A stretch of DNA of 64,000 nt from the IMG/VR virus record IMGVR_UViG_3300045988_137040; one strand, given 5' to 3'. A model generated the notes under the pieces. It ran no database searches. It had not been told where the DNA came from and worked only from the letters and a program-made list of their open reading frames with translations. Position numbers and translations under genes: made by a program. This stretch comes from a virus. This document shows positions 53,201-63,038 of this stretch, piece by piece (the first letter of the stretch is position 1; every line of letters starts with the position of its first letter).

Positions 53201-55141
53201 ATAGTTGTAGCTCAGGCCGCTCGGCGACTTCATCCACGTCCGCCCGTCGTCCTCGGCCTCCGCCCACTCCTTGGCTGTCGCATCCGTTCCCTTGTTGGTG
53301 CCGTCATACGTGCCGCTCTCGTAGCCGCCGTACCTCACGTCAGTCACCTTCTCCCCGGCCGTGGCCGCGTCGGGCGAGAGGCTCCATCCGTCGCCTGGGT
53401 ATTCAGGGTCGGTGCCCGTGGGCGCGTCAGGCTGCGTGTCGGCGTGCTTGTAGGCCATCACCACGCCGTCGCCCTGCTTGCCGTTGGAGTAGTTGGCCGT
53501 GGCCACCACCGTGTCGTCCACAAGCAGCTCCACCGTTATCACGCTCGCCGTGCCTATCGACGCGGTGTTGTTAGTGCCGTCAAAGGTATAGTAGTCGAAT
53601 ATTATCCTGCTGTAGCCACTGTTGAGGTGGTCGCTCGCTCTCTTTATCTCCGTGCCGTCAGCGTACACCTTGGCGGCGCCCAACACCTGCACGTTGTCGT
53701 AGCTCGATACCGTCATGCCCGTGGTCTTGGTGTACGCCACCTTTATGCCAGCGTGCTTCTTGGCGTCGCTCGATACCTCATAGGTAGACGATAGCTGCAC
53801 GCCATACGTCACGGCGTCCTCTCCCTTGTCTCCTTTCTCACCCTTACGGATGAAAGCTATGTGGGAACGATAAATCTCCAAGTAGTGCGCCTTGACTATG
53901 CGAACATTGACGTTCTGTTGTGCCTCGAAAGCCTTAATGGGAATATTCGCTTTCGCTACGGCAGTGGCAGCACCATTAAAATCACAGTTGGACCATATTT
54001 CGGGGTGTTCAAGGCTGTACTGTACGAGAAGGTTCGCTGCTCCAAGTTGAGCATTAGTAAGTTTGAATACTTTGCCCCTTTGGTCGGTGGCACGCACCAT
54101 GACATCAATCCCATTTGCAGGATTGTAAGTTCCTGACGAAGGATCATAATTGACGACTGACGAGGACATTTCCAACGCATATTGCTCGCCGGTCTCTGCC
54201 ATGATGTTGATAGACTTCTCCGCCAATTTCTCATAGACATTAGCCGTGACAGTGCCACTCGTGCTGCTGGAAGATGACGTGTTGTCTGCCACATTTGCTT
54301 TTAAGCCCCAGGCTATTACGGTCCAAATAGAAGACACCGTGCCATTGAACACATCTCCGGTGCCCCTGGCATGGCTAAGGGTGATAATGCCATTATCCAT
54401 TTGCCTGCCCGATGACGGATTCTCGCTATCGCTCTTTTCGTCCGGGTAATTATATTTCTTATCGGACAACTCATCTCCCGTGTTTCTTTGAATCGTAAAA
54501 TGGTGGAAACGCTGCACGTTGGCATTGGCCCAGCCTTCAAGGAGATTAGCTTTTAGAGTGAGCTTCTTGTCCCATTCTACATAGGGTTTATCACCGGCGT
54601 CCTTCGCATCAATCGTTGCGGAAAGCTCAATGCGCAAAGGCATCTGGTCGGGGTCAATGTTCCAGTCTGTATTAAATTTGTCTGTGCCGAGTATGCCCGT
54701 GTCAAGGGTTACGGTACGGGCATTATTCGTAGGTAGGCTAACATCACCAAGCTTGACATACCAATAGTCTTCGCTGTTCTTGTTAGCCGTACCCGTTGCC
54801 AGGCCACCGACCGTGACATAAGCGTACTTGTCGAGCCATTCTGTTCCGCTTGCCACCTTTGGGGCGAACACAAGATAACCATCTTCCTTGTTGCTCTTCG
54901 CAAGTCGGGCGTATATAGAGTAGGGCTTCGTATTATCTGCAAGGCGACGGTTTAGTCCCGTTAAAGTCCATTGCTGAAAACTGACATCAGAATATCCCAA
55001 GGCAGGCACCCCCGGACTGTAAACCTTTATTTTCGCGCCCCTTACCACATTGACGGCAATGTCGCTCGCCGAGCCATTAGCGTTAGGCGAGACGGAGATA
55101 GCAGTCGGTGCTATATAAAAACATGGAGATGTCCTTGCCAT
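50213..55141 (-). CDS. very large tail fibre / host-recognition protein (1642 aa)
   Basis: Uninterrupted ORF, beta-rich, with a short KGEKGDKGED tract. Two jelly-roll CBM-like segments (e.g. GNIKLEKGKNYVLSFYAK and GEDCMLSFYARAASG). Followed by a chaperone-like gene. Confidence 0.6.
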   Translation of the reverse strand: MARTSPCFYIAPTAISVSPNANGSASDIAVNVVRGAKIKVYSPGVPALGYSDVSFQQWTLTGLNRRLADNTKPYSIYARLAKSNKEDGYLVFAPKVASGTEWLDKYAYVTVGGLATGTANKNSEDYWYVKLGDVSLPTNNARTVTLDTGILGTDKFNTDWNIDPDQMPLRIELSATIDAKDAGDKPYVEWDKKLTLKANLLEGWANANVQRFHHFTIQRNTGDELSDKKYNYPDEKSDSENPSSGRQMDNGIITLSHARGTGDVFNGTVSSIWTVIAWGLKANVADNTSSSSSTSGTVTANVYEKLAEKSINIMAETGEQYALEMSSSVVNYDPSSGTYNPANGIDVMVRATDQRGKVFKLTNAQLGAANLLVQYSLEHPEIWSNCDFNGAATAVAKANIPIKAFEAQQNVNVRIVKAHYLEIYRSHIAFIRKGEKGDKGEDAVTYGVQLSSTYEVSSDAKKHAGIKVAYTKTTGMTVSSYDNVQVLGAAKVYADGTEIKRASDHLNSGYSRIIFDYYTFDGTNNTASIGTASVITVELLVDDTVVATANYSNGKQGDGVVMAYKHADTQPDAPTGTDPEYPGDGWSLSPDAATAGEKVTDVRYGGYESGTYDGTNKGTDATAKEWAEAEDDGRTWMKSPSGLSYNYGYAMMKVSFITQYDNTTVDVEIKAYSEQNYDLVEVWALDTAPSTGTSFRGQGLAQASGNGVEQAYSFTVAKAGRHFICVTYAKDISGDDNGDYGLFRLDLSDNEVAVSDTVWMSQAKVSGGKCVLPWSTPVKINGADGIGAFEILCDPETIVIDTDDNGLATGLDNAYASLMCLRDGKEVSGVTYKKGSCVNCEATVNTNTHVVAITRVDKQSVTVDGQTVEVSCTSGSVTVSVTDPTTKTTYVKTVPFAVNVARYTGGLKADNKKLQSQYSILTNNGTVTDLKEYKSEILQTAKEISLKVSEKSVGRRNMLVGSACRKYGDGFTYMSGSETQYYDGYPLEQIEINSGIDGVNCIHCRTKRTGTDSYHLSGFSWNGISPQGNIKLEKGKNYVLSFYAKTPTPNDIYFIAEVLYQGSKIDTSRPAKYDGPTGHSTTFSVSEANKWELFTVKVSVPSKAKYEHEEINIFARGVQNDFFVDGYICKPMLEEGEEYNGWTLSEQDYDYVGGNLLDGTGTLTKTGNVEVLDETTVKQGGYNNESASVKAILQPTWKEYDFLRYSTTDMGLNVGEDCMLSFYARAASGYAHGELQCYLYDPSTGIVMTESSHEKLDFLWNPGDGDLHTHITPPTAWKRYWVHWRPMGNVPLHVLFRLLRPGTDQGSYDSSTSYNVGDVVLYGGTYYVCQKAGSGYEPGASSYWEATEFAIEIARPKLEVGATMTEWTEKRADMVDKRALYATGIDIENRKITLTADNTKFRDNDGNEMAVIDHDGLRATRIATTDRGQGHTVIEGNTTVWFQKDGVTPGIAVFYDAAGVPHLAFYGTDGKQKYDIGPSGLQSLISSIQRAHSDTAYLRDATGSVYINNSTLKGFEWLYVASGEKNDMRYIYRKQIPTTDASKNYDIYDGCVFTKEYSGMNWPNGGNLLPNGWYVKPNDGQLPIKRQMVDDPTPTLYYQTFYYYEGGKVARTVRAYMKRNTHSDLLASKFEYAGSYEEILIF

Positions 55142-55190
55142 TTGTCTTCTTATATTTTTTGGGTGAAGTTACAACAAGATGCCACAAGAA

Positions 55191-55209
55191 TCAAGGGCAT
55201 ATTGCCCTT
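55191..55209. promoter_or_regulatory. perfect hairpin/palindrome in a divergent promoter region
   Basis: CAAGGGCA-tat-TGCCCTTG, between the divergent starts at 55141 and 55279. Confidence 0.5.
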
Positions 55210-55230
55210 GAAACTTTAAGTTCAGATGAC

Positions 55231-55238
55231 TAACTTTG
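55231..55238 (+). promoter_or_regulatory. candidate -7 box TAacTTTG
   Basis: 41 nt upstream of the ATG at 55279. Confidence 0.4.
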
Positions 55239-55278
55239 TCATGGATAGGCACAAGCAAGTGCCGAAAAACGGAATAAC

Positions 55279-58200
55279 ATGGAACATCTATCTCTTGAGA
55301 TATTTGACCGCAACGGAAAAGGCAGTCAATACGCTTACCTTACCGAGGACGCCAACATCACCATCACCGACACGAGCGAGATCTTCGCGAGTGGAGATGT
55401 TTGGAGCTTGCCGTTCTCGCTCAATGTCGTAGCCAACGCAAAGATTTTCGGGACAAGCGGCGACCTTCATGGCGGTCGTCTGCATGAACAGTTGAACGAA
55501 CGGCGTGCTCGTTTGTGGGTAGACGGGTTACCTCTCTACCTTGGTTATCTAAAGCTTGACAGCGAAGTGGACGTGGATGATGACGGCAATGTCGACGTAA
55601 TTTTTGAGAGCGGTCAAAAGACCTTCAACGAGCTTATCGAGGGGGGGAAGGCCAACCAAGTGCCAATGCTGAGCGACGTACAGTTCGGCATGGCGTTGTG
55701 GAGGAAGCGGTGGACGCGGGTGCAGATGCAACTTGCCGCAAAAGTAAACTACGAGAAAAACAACGCGAACGAAAACGAAGAAATCATAATTACTCATGAT
55801 AGACATAGTATAGACGCGAGCGATGAAGACGAACAGTTGACAGACTTTATATGCGATGGTGAGGACGATGGTAGTTCCATACAATTATACCCTCGCATGG
55901 TGTTCCCGAAAGGTACATTCTACAATATGGACACAGAACAAGAGGAGGACGTTGATTTCCTTAATACGGATACTCCTTATGACGATTCCCATCCTTATTG
56001 CAACGTCGCTCTCTGTTACCAGAAATATGGCTATACTGTGACGACGGAAAGCTCCGGAGTGAAATATACCCATGATGATTATTCGAGCGACCCTACCGCC
56101 CAGCGAGGCTATGAGGTTATGCCTGCAAATCGCGTTAATTCCGCCCCTAACTTTTTCGTCATTTACTGGCTGAGAGCCTTGATGTCGCACCTTGGTATCC
56201 ATATAGACGAGAACCAGATGATGGAAATGGAGGATTTGCGCCGGTTGTTTTTCGTGAATACAAATTGTGCTTACGAAGAGACAAAGTATCTCCGGAAAGG
56301 AGTTTCGGGCAATTACTACGGCAAGTATCAGTTTGGCGACAATGGACCATTGGTGGCAGAATATTTCGGCGATTTAGTAGAAGAAAAATACGAACGCAAA
56401 AGGAAGAGGTGGAACGGGATTAAGAATATCGCCAAAATTGAGAACTGCGGGCTTGTGTGCAGTGAATTCACGGAGGGTACATGGCATGAGAAAATACTAT
56501 CATCAGATGATAATGGCTACGATGTCTGGGAGGAAGTAGATGCCACGGATGTAGTGAAAAGAGTTCTTGGCGGAATTAAGAGAATAACAATCACTCCTAA
56601 ATCGATTGCCGGTATGGGTGAAGAAACAAGAGCATATTATGATGGGTATGGTCGTGACTCTGCCCCTGGCCGCGGCGATCGAAAAGACCAGAAAAACCTT
56701 TTGCTTCATCGTGCTATCGCGTCAAGCGAGTGTTTCCCTAACGAGGACATTTCCACGGTTATCAAGGCACTTGAAAATGGTTTTGGCATCCGTCTCTTGT
56801 TCGACAATAGTTATAAGCGCGTTCGTATCGTATTGCTGAAAAACATCTTCCGCAATAGTAGTGTACAGAATATAACATGCAATATCCTCAATGAGACGAA
56901 GAGCGAGAACTGTATTCGTGGGTTCATGATGACCTATGGAGACAGCAATGACACCTCGTTTTACTACAAGGGTTTCGCCGACCTATTGCCGCACAAGAAA
57001 CAGTTGTGGATAGATAATAGCGACAAGCACGACTACTCACATTGGGATTTGAACGCAAAATATGCGGACTTACTAAACAAGGTGTCAGCTTTCGACAAGA
57101 CTTGTTATATAGAGCTAACTACAGGCAACGCTTACGGCATTAAGGTAGATAAGGACGCAAAACGCTTTGATGATTTGCATCCGTCGCTCTTTGAGTTTGC
57201 TGGGTTCATGGATGCCGAAGACGGAGACTGCACTGGCGAGGACGAGACGATTGAAACTATCAACGTCGGATTCAAGCCTGCAATCATGAACGACACCAAC
57301 TATGAGAACGAGCGCGGGACTCTAAAAACCAAAGAACAGCATTACGCGCTGTTCGTTGATGAGACCATGCGACCGCGTCGACCAGACCTTAAAGACCTGC
57401 CCAACAACAAACAGCCAAAAGTAAAATCATATAACGATTCCGATGCTGTATACAGTACCGACAAGCTCTACGCACTCCATGGAAACAACGGCACAGATGT
57501 GAAAATGGTAAGCGGTGGTGTTGTCACCCCGGGGTCGTTTGCCGTGGCCTCCGATATGTCAGTTGAGAAGACGCTCCCAAGTCTGCCAGTATCCGTAACG
57601 TTCTATGAACGTGACGGAAATATGGAAGGAGTTGAGCACAAGTGTTACTGCACGCTGACGAATCTTAAAATATCGGGGTATATCAACGAAGGTTATCGGC
57701 TGTACTTGCAGGACAACTTCGAGCCTAACGATGATGGGGTGTGCCCGATAGAGTCGCACGACTGGGGGCTGACATTGGGTATAATGAGAGGAAGCGGAAG
57801 TGATGCTTACGTAGATTACTATAACGACCCTAACGATGAGGAAGGTAACGACACATGGAGTATCGTACAGGGCAGTAGTGCAACGGCACACCCGGATATA
57901 TGTAACAACTATGGAGAGCTCTGGGACTATAACGGCACACTACACGTAAGCACTCCAGCTGACGCGAAAGCGGCAATCGAGGCGCGTTGCCCATCTACTG
58001 CGGACAATATGCTAACCGAGCGTGTTGTCGTCCAGGTACAAGAACTTAAAAACGCGGGGTGGACAGTCAGCGGAGACATGACACGCACGGCAAAGTATTT
58101 TTACTATAAGCTTGTTATCAACTCACGCTCGAAAGGCAATGTCACTGTTTATGCCACGCCTATAGCAGCGCTGACGACACAGCAAGCAATGGGCAAACCT

Positions 58201-58737
58201 GTCTACACACAAAAAGAGATAAAAGATTACATTCTCGCCTTGTGGAATAAGCACGCAACCGACTTGATAAGTCATGACGAATATAAACTAATATTAGCCG
58301 TGTCTCCGTCAGATTGGTCTACGCTTGCTTATCTAAGAGCCATTTACTTTGGCTACCGCAGTGAGAAAGACTTTGATAATGGCGTGGGCCCAACCGATGA
58401 TCGTTTCTCCTTGAAACTGCGCGCAGAAAAGCTCAACCCCTACTATGTTAAGGGCAGTACCGAAGAAGGCAAGAACAATCAATATCTACCTATCAGCAAC
58501 GACGCGCTGAAGGGTCGCGGACTGATGGACAAGTTCTACAAGGAATATAGTTATTGGGTTCGTAACGCACGAATCGTGAAATTGACGGCGCGCATGACTT
58601 TGGCCCAGTTCCTCGCTATTGATAAGACAGAGAAAGTGCGTATGGGCGATTACTTAGGGTTCATTAAAAAGATGCAGTTCAACGTGAGCAATAAGACGGG
58701 CTTCGGAAATGTGACCGTAGAGCTGATGTATATCTAA
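55279..58737 (+). CDS. large virion-type structural protein (1152 aa), function unknown
   Basis: Long ORF, divergent from the fibre gene, preceded by a TAACTTTG box at 55231-55238. Confidence 0.6.
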   Translation: MEHLSLEIFDRNGKGSQYAYLTEDANITITDTSEIFASGDVWSLPFSLNVVANAKIFGTSGDLHGGRLHEQLNERRARLWVDGLPLYLGYLKLDSEVDVDDDGNVDVIFESGQKTFNELIEGGKANQVPMLSDVQFGMALWRKRWTRVQMQLAAKVNYEKNNANENEEIIITHDRHSIDASDEDEQLTDFICDGEDDGSSIQLYPRMVFPKGTFYNMDTEQEEDVDFLNTDTPYDDSHPYCNVALCYQKYGYTVTTESSGVKYTHDDYSSDPTAQRGYEVMPANRVNSAPNFFVIYWLRALMSHLGIHIDENQMMEMEDLRRLFFVNTNCAYEETKYLRKGVSGNYYGKYQFGDNGPLVAEYFGDLVEEKYERKRKRWNGIKNIAKIENCGLVCSEFTEGTWHEKILSSDDNGYDVWEEVDATDVVKRVLGGIKRITITPKSIAGMGEETRAYYDGYGRDSAPGRGDRKDQKNLLLHRAIASSECFPNEDISTVIKALENGFGIRLLFDNSYKRVRIVLLKNIFRNSSVQNITCNILNETKSENCIRGFMMTYGDSNDTSFYYKGFADLLPHKKQLWIDNSDKHDYSHWDLNAKYADLLNKVSAFDKTCYIELTTGNAYGIKVDKDAKRFDDLHPSLFEFAGFMDAEDGDCTGEDETIETINVGFKPAIMNDTNYENERGTLKTKEQHYALFVDETMRPRRPDLKDLPNNKQPKVKSYNDSDAVYSTDKLYALHGNNGTDVKMVSGGVVTPGSFAVASDMSVEKTLPSLPVSVTFYERDGNMEGVEHKCYCTLTNLKISGYINEGYRLYLQDNFEPNDDGVCPIESHDWGLTLGIMRGSGSDAYVDYYNDPNDEEGNDTWSIVQGSSATAHPDICNNYGELWDYNGTLHVSTPADAKAAIEARCPSTADNMLTERVVVQVQELKNAGWTVSGDMTRTAKYFYYKLVINSRSKGNVTVYATPIAALTTQQAMGKPVYTQKEIKDYILALWNKHATDLISHDEYKLILAVSPSDWSTLAYLRAIYFGYRSEKDFDNGVGPTDDRFSLKLRAEKLNPYYVKGSTEEGKNNQYLPISNDALKGRGLMDKFYKEYSYWVRNARIVKLTARMTLAQFLAIDKTEKVRMGDYLGFIKKMQFNVSNKTGFGNVTVELMYI

Positions 58738-58749
58738 AGACGACAAATT

Positions 58750-59814
58750 ATGGCAGTAGATATAAAAGGAATGTTTGGGGACAACAAGACCTACTTTGCA
58801 GGTTCTCCGGTTGTCATCGACATAACCGGGCTGGAATGGAATAGCAACAGTCCGTTTAACATCGTGCGTGTCAACGTGGTAGACTACAAAGACAACAACA
58901 AGGTTTTTGGCGACTTTCATGCCGACACGGGCGGTCAGACGGCTATCTCTTTTGACATTCAGTCGGCGCTGCGAAGCATTTGGGCTGACTACGATTTTGC
59001 CTCGGAAGTGAGTACGGCCACACTCACGGCGACAAGCGGCGTAGGGCAATCGGCGACGCGTAAATATAGACTTTACTCCATTCAGCTCTCTACAGAATAT
59101 CTCGACAGCCATGATAATGAGTTTACGTCAACGGTGAGTAAGACATTCGAGGGCGGAAGTTGCATGATAGGAGCATTGACAGAATGGGAGCGCTACAATA
59201 TCGAAAACAAGGAAGAGGCCGACGCAAGCCATTTGGAGGGCACCAACCAGCGCAACGGTGACGCATCGACGAAGCCGACGAGCTCACCGGAAAGGGTAGG
59301 GAGGTCGAGCCTTACGTCGTGGGTGGATCTTAGCGGAGATGGCACGACGAGTGTATTTTACCCACCAGCGGCACCGCCCAGTGGCGACGACACGGAGAAA
59401 CACGCACCTCTCGTGTTGCGTGACACAATAGACTATCAAGACTTTCTCTTTGTCAACCGTCGTGGAGCCGTAGAGACAGCGAGCGCGCTAATGAAAGAGG
59501 CTCTGAATGTCAGCGCAGAGGTAAAACAATACAACAAGGTGGAGCGGCCTGCGTTCAAGCCGTCACGTTCATTGCTCTCCGTGCCATCTGGAGGAAGACG
59601 ATCATGGGAGATGTCGAGCGGATATGTCAGCCGAGAATGGGCAGCGTGGTGGGCACAGGAATTTCTTAAAGGACAACGCCACTGGATGCTTCTCGAAGGA
59701 ATGTTTGTCCCTGTCATAGTGGAACCGGCAAAAAAGAGCGTGAGCATCTACGACCGTTCTAAGCAGCAGTTGTCACATGTTGACTTCACCGTGACACTGG
59801 CGTTGGAAGGGTGA
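58750..59814 (+). CDS. hypothetical structural-type protein (354 aa)
   Basis: ORF 12 nt downstream of 55279..58737. Confidence 0.6.
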   Translation: MAVDIKGMFGDNKTYFAGSPVVIDITGLEWNSNSPFNIVRVNVVDYKDNNKVFGDFHADTGGQTAISFDIQSALRSIWADYDFASEVSTATLTATSGVGQSATRKYRLYSIQLSTEYLDSHDNEFTSTVSKTFEGGSCMIGALTEWERYNIENKEEADASHLEGTNQRNGDASTKPTSSPERVGRSSLTSWVDLSGDGTTSVFYPPAAPPSGDDTEKHAPLVLRDTIDYQDFLFVNRRGAVETASALMKEALNVSAEVKQYNKVERPAFKPSRSLLSVPSGGRRSWEMSSGYVSREWAAWWAQEFLKGQRHWMLLEGMFVPVIVEPAKKSVSIYDRSKQQLSHVDFTVTLALEG

Positions 59815-60244
59815 CACCAACTTAACGCAATATAGTCAGCTGGGTCTCTCGCATCTTTGTTACAACGAGAAAATATAAGCTGAAAGACTTGAAAATAAAA
59901 TATTTGCAGTATCTTTGTGGATATAAAAACTCTCTTTAGTGAACATTTCTTTTCATTGTTTTTAATGATTTAACTACGCGAAGTTATGTTGTATTAGGTT
60001 TTCTCTTTAGGAAGAGAATACTTTTGCATTTTGACAAGGTGTGACGTTGGGATAACGTTTGCCTTGTTCTTACTATTAAAGGTTAGTAAGGAACCAACGA
60101 TTTTACATTGAATGTTTTTTGTGAGGTTGGAGAACCAGCGCGTGCCGCCCCTGTCGTGATAGACAGAGGCGGCATTCGTCGTTTTTTTGGCACTTTGAAG
60201 TGTTAAAGGCCGTTGAGAGAGGCGTGAGTTATCAGAGAATTGTA

Positions 60245-60252
60245 TAACTTTG
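60245..60252 (+). promoter_or_regulatory. candidate -7 box TAacTTTG
   Basis: 36 nt upstream of the ATG at 60288. Confidence 0.4.
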
Positions 60253-60287
60253 CGATTATCCATACTAACTAACTGTTGTTTACGCTT

Positions 60288-60794
60288 ATGACAAAGGATG
60301 ACGAGGACAACCTTCTAAGGTGGTTGCAAGACAAAGACGTCAGCGAGATTATGTCGTTGCTGATGAAACATGGTAACAGATATTCAAGGAGAATTTTGAA
60401 GTTCTTTAGGTGGTTCTGCAAGTATGTTCCGATAATTATTATGTGCTTCCACGCATACGGGATGTGGGATTTTAGCCAGCATCCAAGGGAAATGTTTATC
60501 CCTTATGCGGAGAATATGCCTTGCTATCTCTACATATATTTCATGGTTTACATTCTGCCAATGGTTTTGATATTAGCGAGCCGATTCTTCTTCTTATGTT
60601 GGAAATACCGCATTCCATTCTTTTATTTCTTTGGTATCAATGCGGCTCATATCGTGGAATGGAGTTGGTACACAACAAATGACATGATAGACTCCTGCTT
60701 TACCGTTATGATTGTAACGGCAATGTTTTATTTATATGGATTTGTAGATATGTTTATTAACAGAACAAAGTTAGGACGTAAAATCTGTGCGTGA
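60288..60794 (+). CDS. multi-pass membrane protein
   Basis: The track ORF starts at a TTG. I trimmed it to the ATG at 60288 (MTKDDEDN...). Four or five hydrophobic helices. A TAACTTTG box lies at 60245-60252. Confidence 0.55.
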   Translation: MTKDDEDNLLRWLQDKDVSEIMSLLMKHGNRYSRRILKFFRWFCKYVPIIIMCFHAYGMWDFSQHPREMFIPYAENMPCYLYIYFMVYILPMVLILASRFFFLCWKYRIPFFYFFGINAAHIVEWSWYTTNDMIDSCFTVMIVTAMFYLYGFVDMFINRTKLGRKICA

Positions 60795-60833
60795 AGGCGA
60801 TTTCTGAGAGTTTTTCGTAAAAACAAAGGTAAT

Positions 60834-61175
60834 ATGGAAAAGATACTAAATTATAAGCTGCTCGGCACGGCTTTGAAGTCGCTAAGTGACGCTTGCTTTA
60901 AGGCAGACGAACAGCAGAAGAACGGAGAAAAAGTCACCGCTTGCGGAATGAGCGATGAGGACTTGGATAGATTGTGCGACATCCTTCCCGACATGCTCAA
61001 CCCGATGATGAGCACAGAGGAAGTCAAGGAGAAGCTTCACGTTTCTGATGCTACACTCAATCGTATGGTGGCGAGAGGCGACCTGCCCAATGGCGAGCAC
61101 AAGAAGCGAGGACATACGAGATATTGGAAGAAGTGGGATATACTACACTTCATAAAAAGCAAGAGAAAATCATAA
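60834..61175 (+). CDS. Xis/MerR-like helix-turn-helix DNA-binding protein (113 aa)
   Basis: EEVKEKLHVSDATLNRMVARGDLPNGEHKKRGHTRYWKKWDILHF matches the excisionase-family HTH_17-type pattern. Confidence 0.55.
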   Translation: MEKILNYKLLGTALKSLSDACFKADEQQKNGEKVTACGMSDEDLDRLCDILPDMLNPMMSTEEVKEKLHVSDATLNRMVARGDLPNGEHKKRGHTRYWKKWDILHFIKSKRKS

Positions 61176-61213
61176 CGTATAAGCCCTATCGCAGTACGGA
61201 TAAGCGAGCATGT

Positions 61214-61411
61214 ATGAGTATTATGGATTTTATGTTTCAGACTTTGATTATAGTAGCGATGCTAGTAATCATCAACAGCACTTTCATTGCATACCTATAC
61301 TATTCTTACGAGTATAAGAAGGTCGATAAGTACTTCTTAGCTTGGGTAACGGTGTCAACTATGATGTTGACAATGTGGTTCGGAGTAGGATTGTACGTGT
61401 ATCTACAATAA
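61214..61411 (+). CDS. small membrane protein (65 aa)
   Basis: Track ORF trimmed to the internal ATG (MSIMDFMFQTLIIVAMLVII...). Two hydrophobic helices. Confidence 0.4.
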   Translation: MSIMDFMFQTLIIVAMLVIINSTFIAYLYYSYEYKKVDKYFLAWVTVSTMMLTMWFGVGLYVYLQ

Positions 61412-61432
61412 CAAGTTCGACAACTGGTGGAC

Positions 61433-61500
61433 GTGTTAACAAAAACGTTTTTTTTTAACATGAGCCATGCAATGTGTTAACTAATTCCCATTTTGTTAAC
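61433..61500. promoter_or_regulatory. four (T)GTTAAC boxes at about 20-bp spacing
   Basis: GTGTTAAC (61433), TTTTAACA (61453), GTGTTAAC (61474) and TTGTTAAC (61493), upstream of gene 61644..62408. Confidence 0.5.
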
Positions 61501-61643
61501 TTGACAGAACCTCCTATCATCTTAAAACACTGATAATCAACGAGAAATAAAAAGTGTGAGCGAGTTGCGGCCTTTATGGTGGTAACTCGCTAATTTTGTG
61601 GGCGTAACGTTACTTAATGTTTAACCTCTAAAAGATTATCGTT

Positions 61644-62408
61644 ATGGAGATGACAGACGCAAAAGTCGTGGAGAAGAAAATCTACGAGGAAGGAAAAGAG
61701 AAGAAGGAGTACGCGAGCAAGGGTATTGCCGGCACTGGCTTAGGTCTCGGCATAGCCGGCACGGCACTCGGCCTTGGCGCATGGTTGCTCGGAAGTCGCA
61801 GTCCATTCGGTTCGCTCGGTGGAGGCAATATGCCCGACAACGTGAACATCAACGCAAACGGCGTTGGCGCAGGCTCAAATCAGCCATCCGCATTGCAAGT
61901 GCTGGAGAAAGAGAACGCCGATGAGGTGGCTCTCCTGGAGAAGATGTATGGCCTGAAACTCGACACAGCCAACAAGTTCTATGCCATGCGCGAGACTGAC
62001 GTGGCAGAGAAGTTCGGTCTGTTCAAAGGCAGCGTGGAAGCTTTGAACGCGGAGAACCGTCGTGCCGAGCGCGCAGAGTTCGGTCTTTACAAGTCGCAAA
62101 TTGAAGGCGACTTCGGTCTCTATAAGGCAGGCCGAGACCAGTACGACGCAGCCAACGCAAAGATTTCGGCGCTCGAAACAAAGATTGCCGTTTTGGAAGC
62201 TACGGCTCCTTACAAGGAGAAGATTATCATGCAAGCCATCGAGATGATGGGTGAGCGTGGCGTGAACTACACTGACAGGAAGACTTGCCGCTGCATCTAT
62301 GGTGTAGTAGGCTTACCTTCTACTCCCACCACTACCGTTTTGGAGGGTGCAAGCCCTTTCGGTTGCAACTGCGCACGCAACACTACGACTCCTACAACAG
62401 GAGCGTAG
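61644..62408 (+). CDS. hypothetical protein (254 aa) with a Gly-rich hydrophobic segment and coiled coil
   Basis: ORF downstream of the GTTAAC box array. Contains GIAGTGLGLGIAGTALGLGAWLLG. Confidence 0.55.
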   Translation: MEMTDAKVVEKKIYEEGKEKKEYASKGIAGTGLGLGIAGTALGLGAWLLGSRSPFGSLGGGNMPDNVNINANGVGAGSNQPSALQVLEKENADEVALLEKMYGLKLDTANKFYAMRETDVAEKFGLFKGSVEALNAENRRAERAEFGLYKSQIEGDFGLYKAGRDQYDAANAKISALETKIAVLEATAPYKEKIIMQAIEMMGERGVNYTDRKTCRCIYGVVGLPSTPTTTVLEGASPFGCNCARNTTTPTTGA

Positions 62409-62546
62409 CGACGCGTAAGGTCGCAAAGACCAAGAAGAAATGAGTTGGTGAGGGGTGTTCGCCCTCGTTGGCGGATGCCCTCTCACCACTCTCGCCTCTC
62501 ACACAAAAACTTATCACCAACTTATCACCAACTTAAAAGACTTATA

Positions 62547-63038
62547 ATGATGAATTTCGGGAGCAGTCCATTGTTGGACTACAATCAACAAGCGCAGCCA
62601 TCACAGCAAATAGACGGAGAACTACAAAAGCTGATGGAAGCCATAAACCAAAAACGAGCTTGCATCAACATGCAAGTCAATCAATCAAAGACACCTCTCT
62701 GGGACGAGATAGACAAGATAGAAGACAGCCTTACAGGAGCGCAACGACAATACTTGATGCAGAATCAGGAATATGCGGAAAGCTTGCAATACGTGACCAA
62801 GCTCATACAGGACGAGGAATTGCGTATCATTCGCCCACGCATAGAGGCTACGCAACAAGGACAAGAGGCGTTGAAACGACACTTATCCTTGATGCAACAC
62901 TTGAAGAAGGAGGCAACACAGGTAGAGGAACAGAAGAACGCTCTGCGTGACGAGTACTTCGAGCATTATGCCGACAAGATGAATTATGCCGAGTTTATCT
63001 CGATGAAGCAAGGCAAGAAAGGAGGAGCCAAGAAATGA
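62547..63038 (+). CDS. hypothetical coiled-coil protein (163 aa)
   Basis: Track ORF trimmed to the ATG at 62547 (MMNFGSS...). Gln/Glu-rich. Confidence 0.5.
   Translation: MMNFGSSPLLDYNQQAQPSQQIDGELQKLMEAINQKRACINMQVNQSKTPLWDEIDKIEDSLTGAQRQYLMQNQEYAESLQYVTKLIQDEELRIIRPRIEATQQGQEALKRHLSLMQHLKKEATQVEEQKNALRDEYFEHYADKMNYAEFISMKQGKKGGAKK

Noticed and set aside
52391-53794. 467-aa plus-strand ORF rich in Arg/His/Val
   Set aside because: It is a shadow ORF opposite the 1642-aa fibre-like gene, with an implausible composition.
59994-60263. 89-aa minus-strand ORF
   Set aside because: It is basic with low information content. It overlaps the TAACTTTG box of the divergent gene starting at 60288 and has no supporting signal. 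It may still be real.
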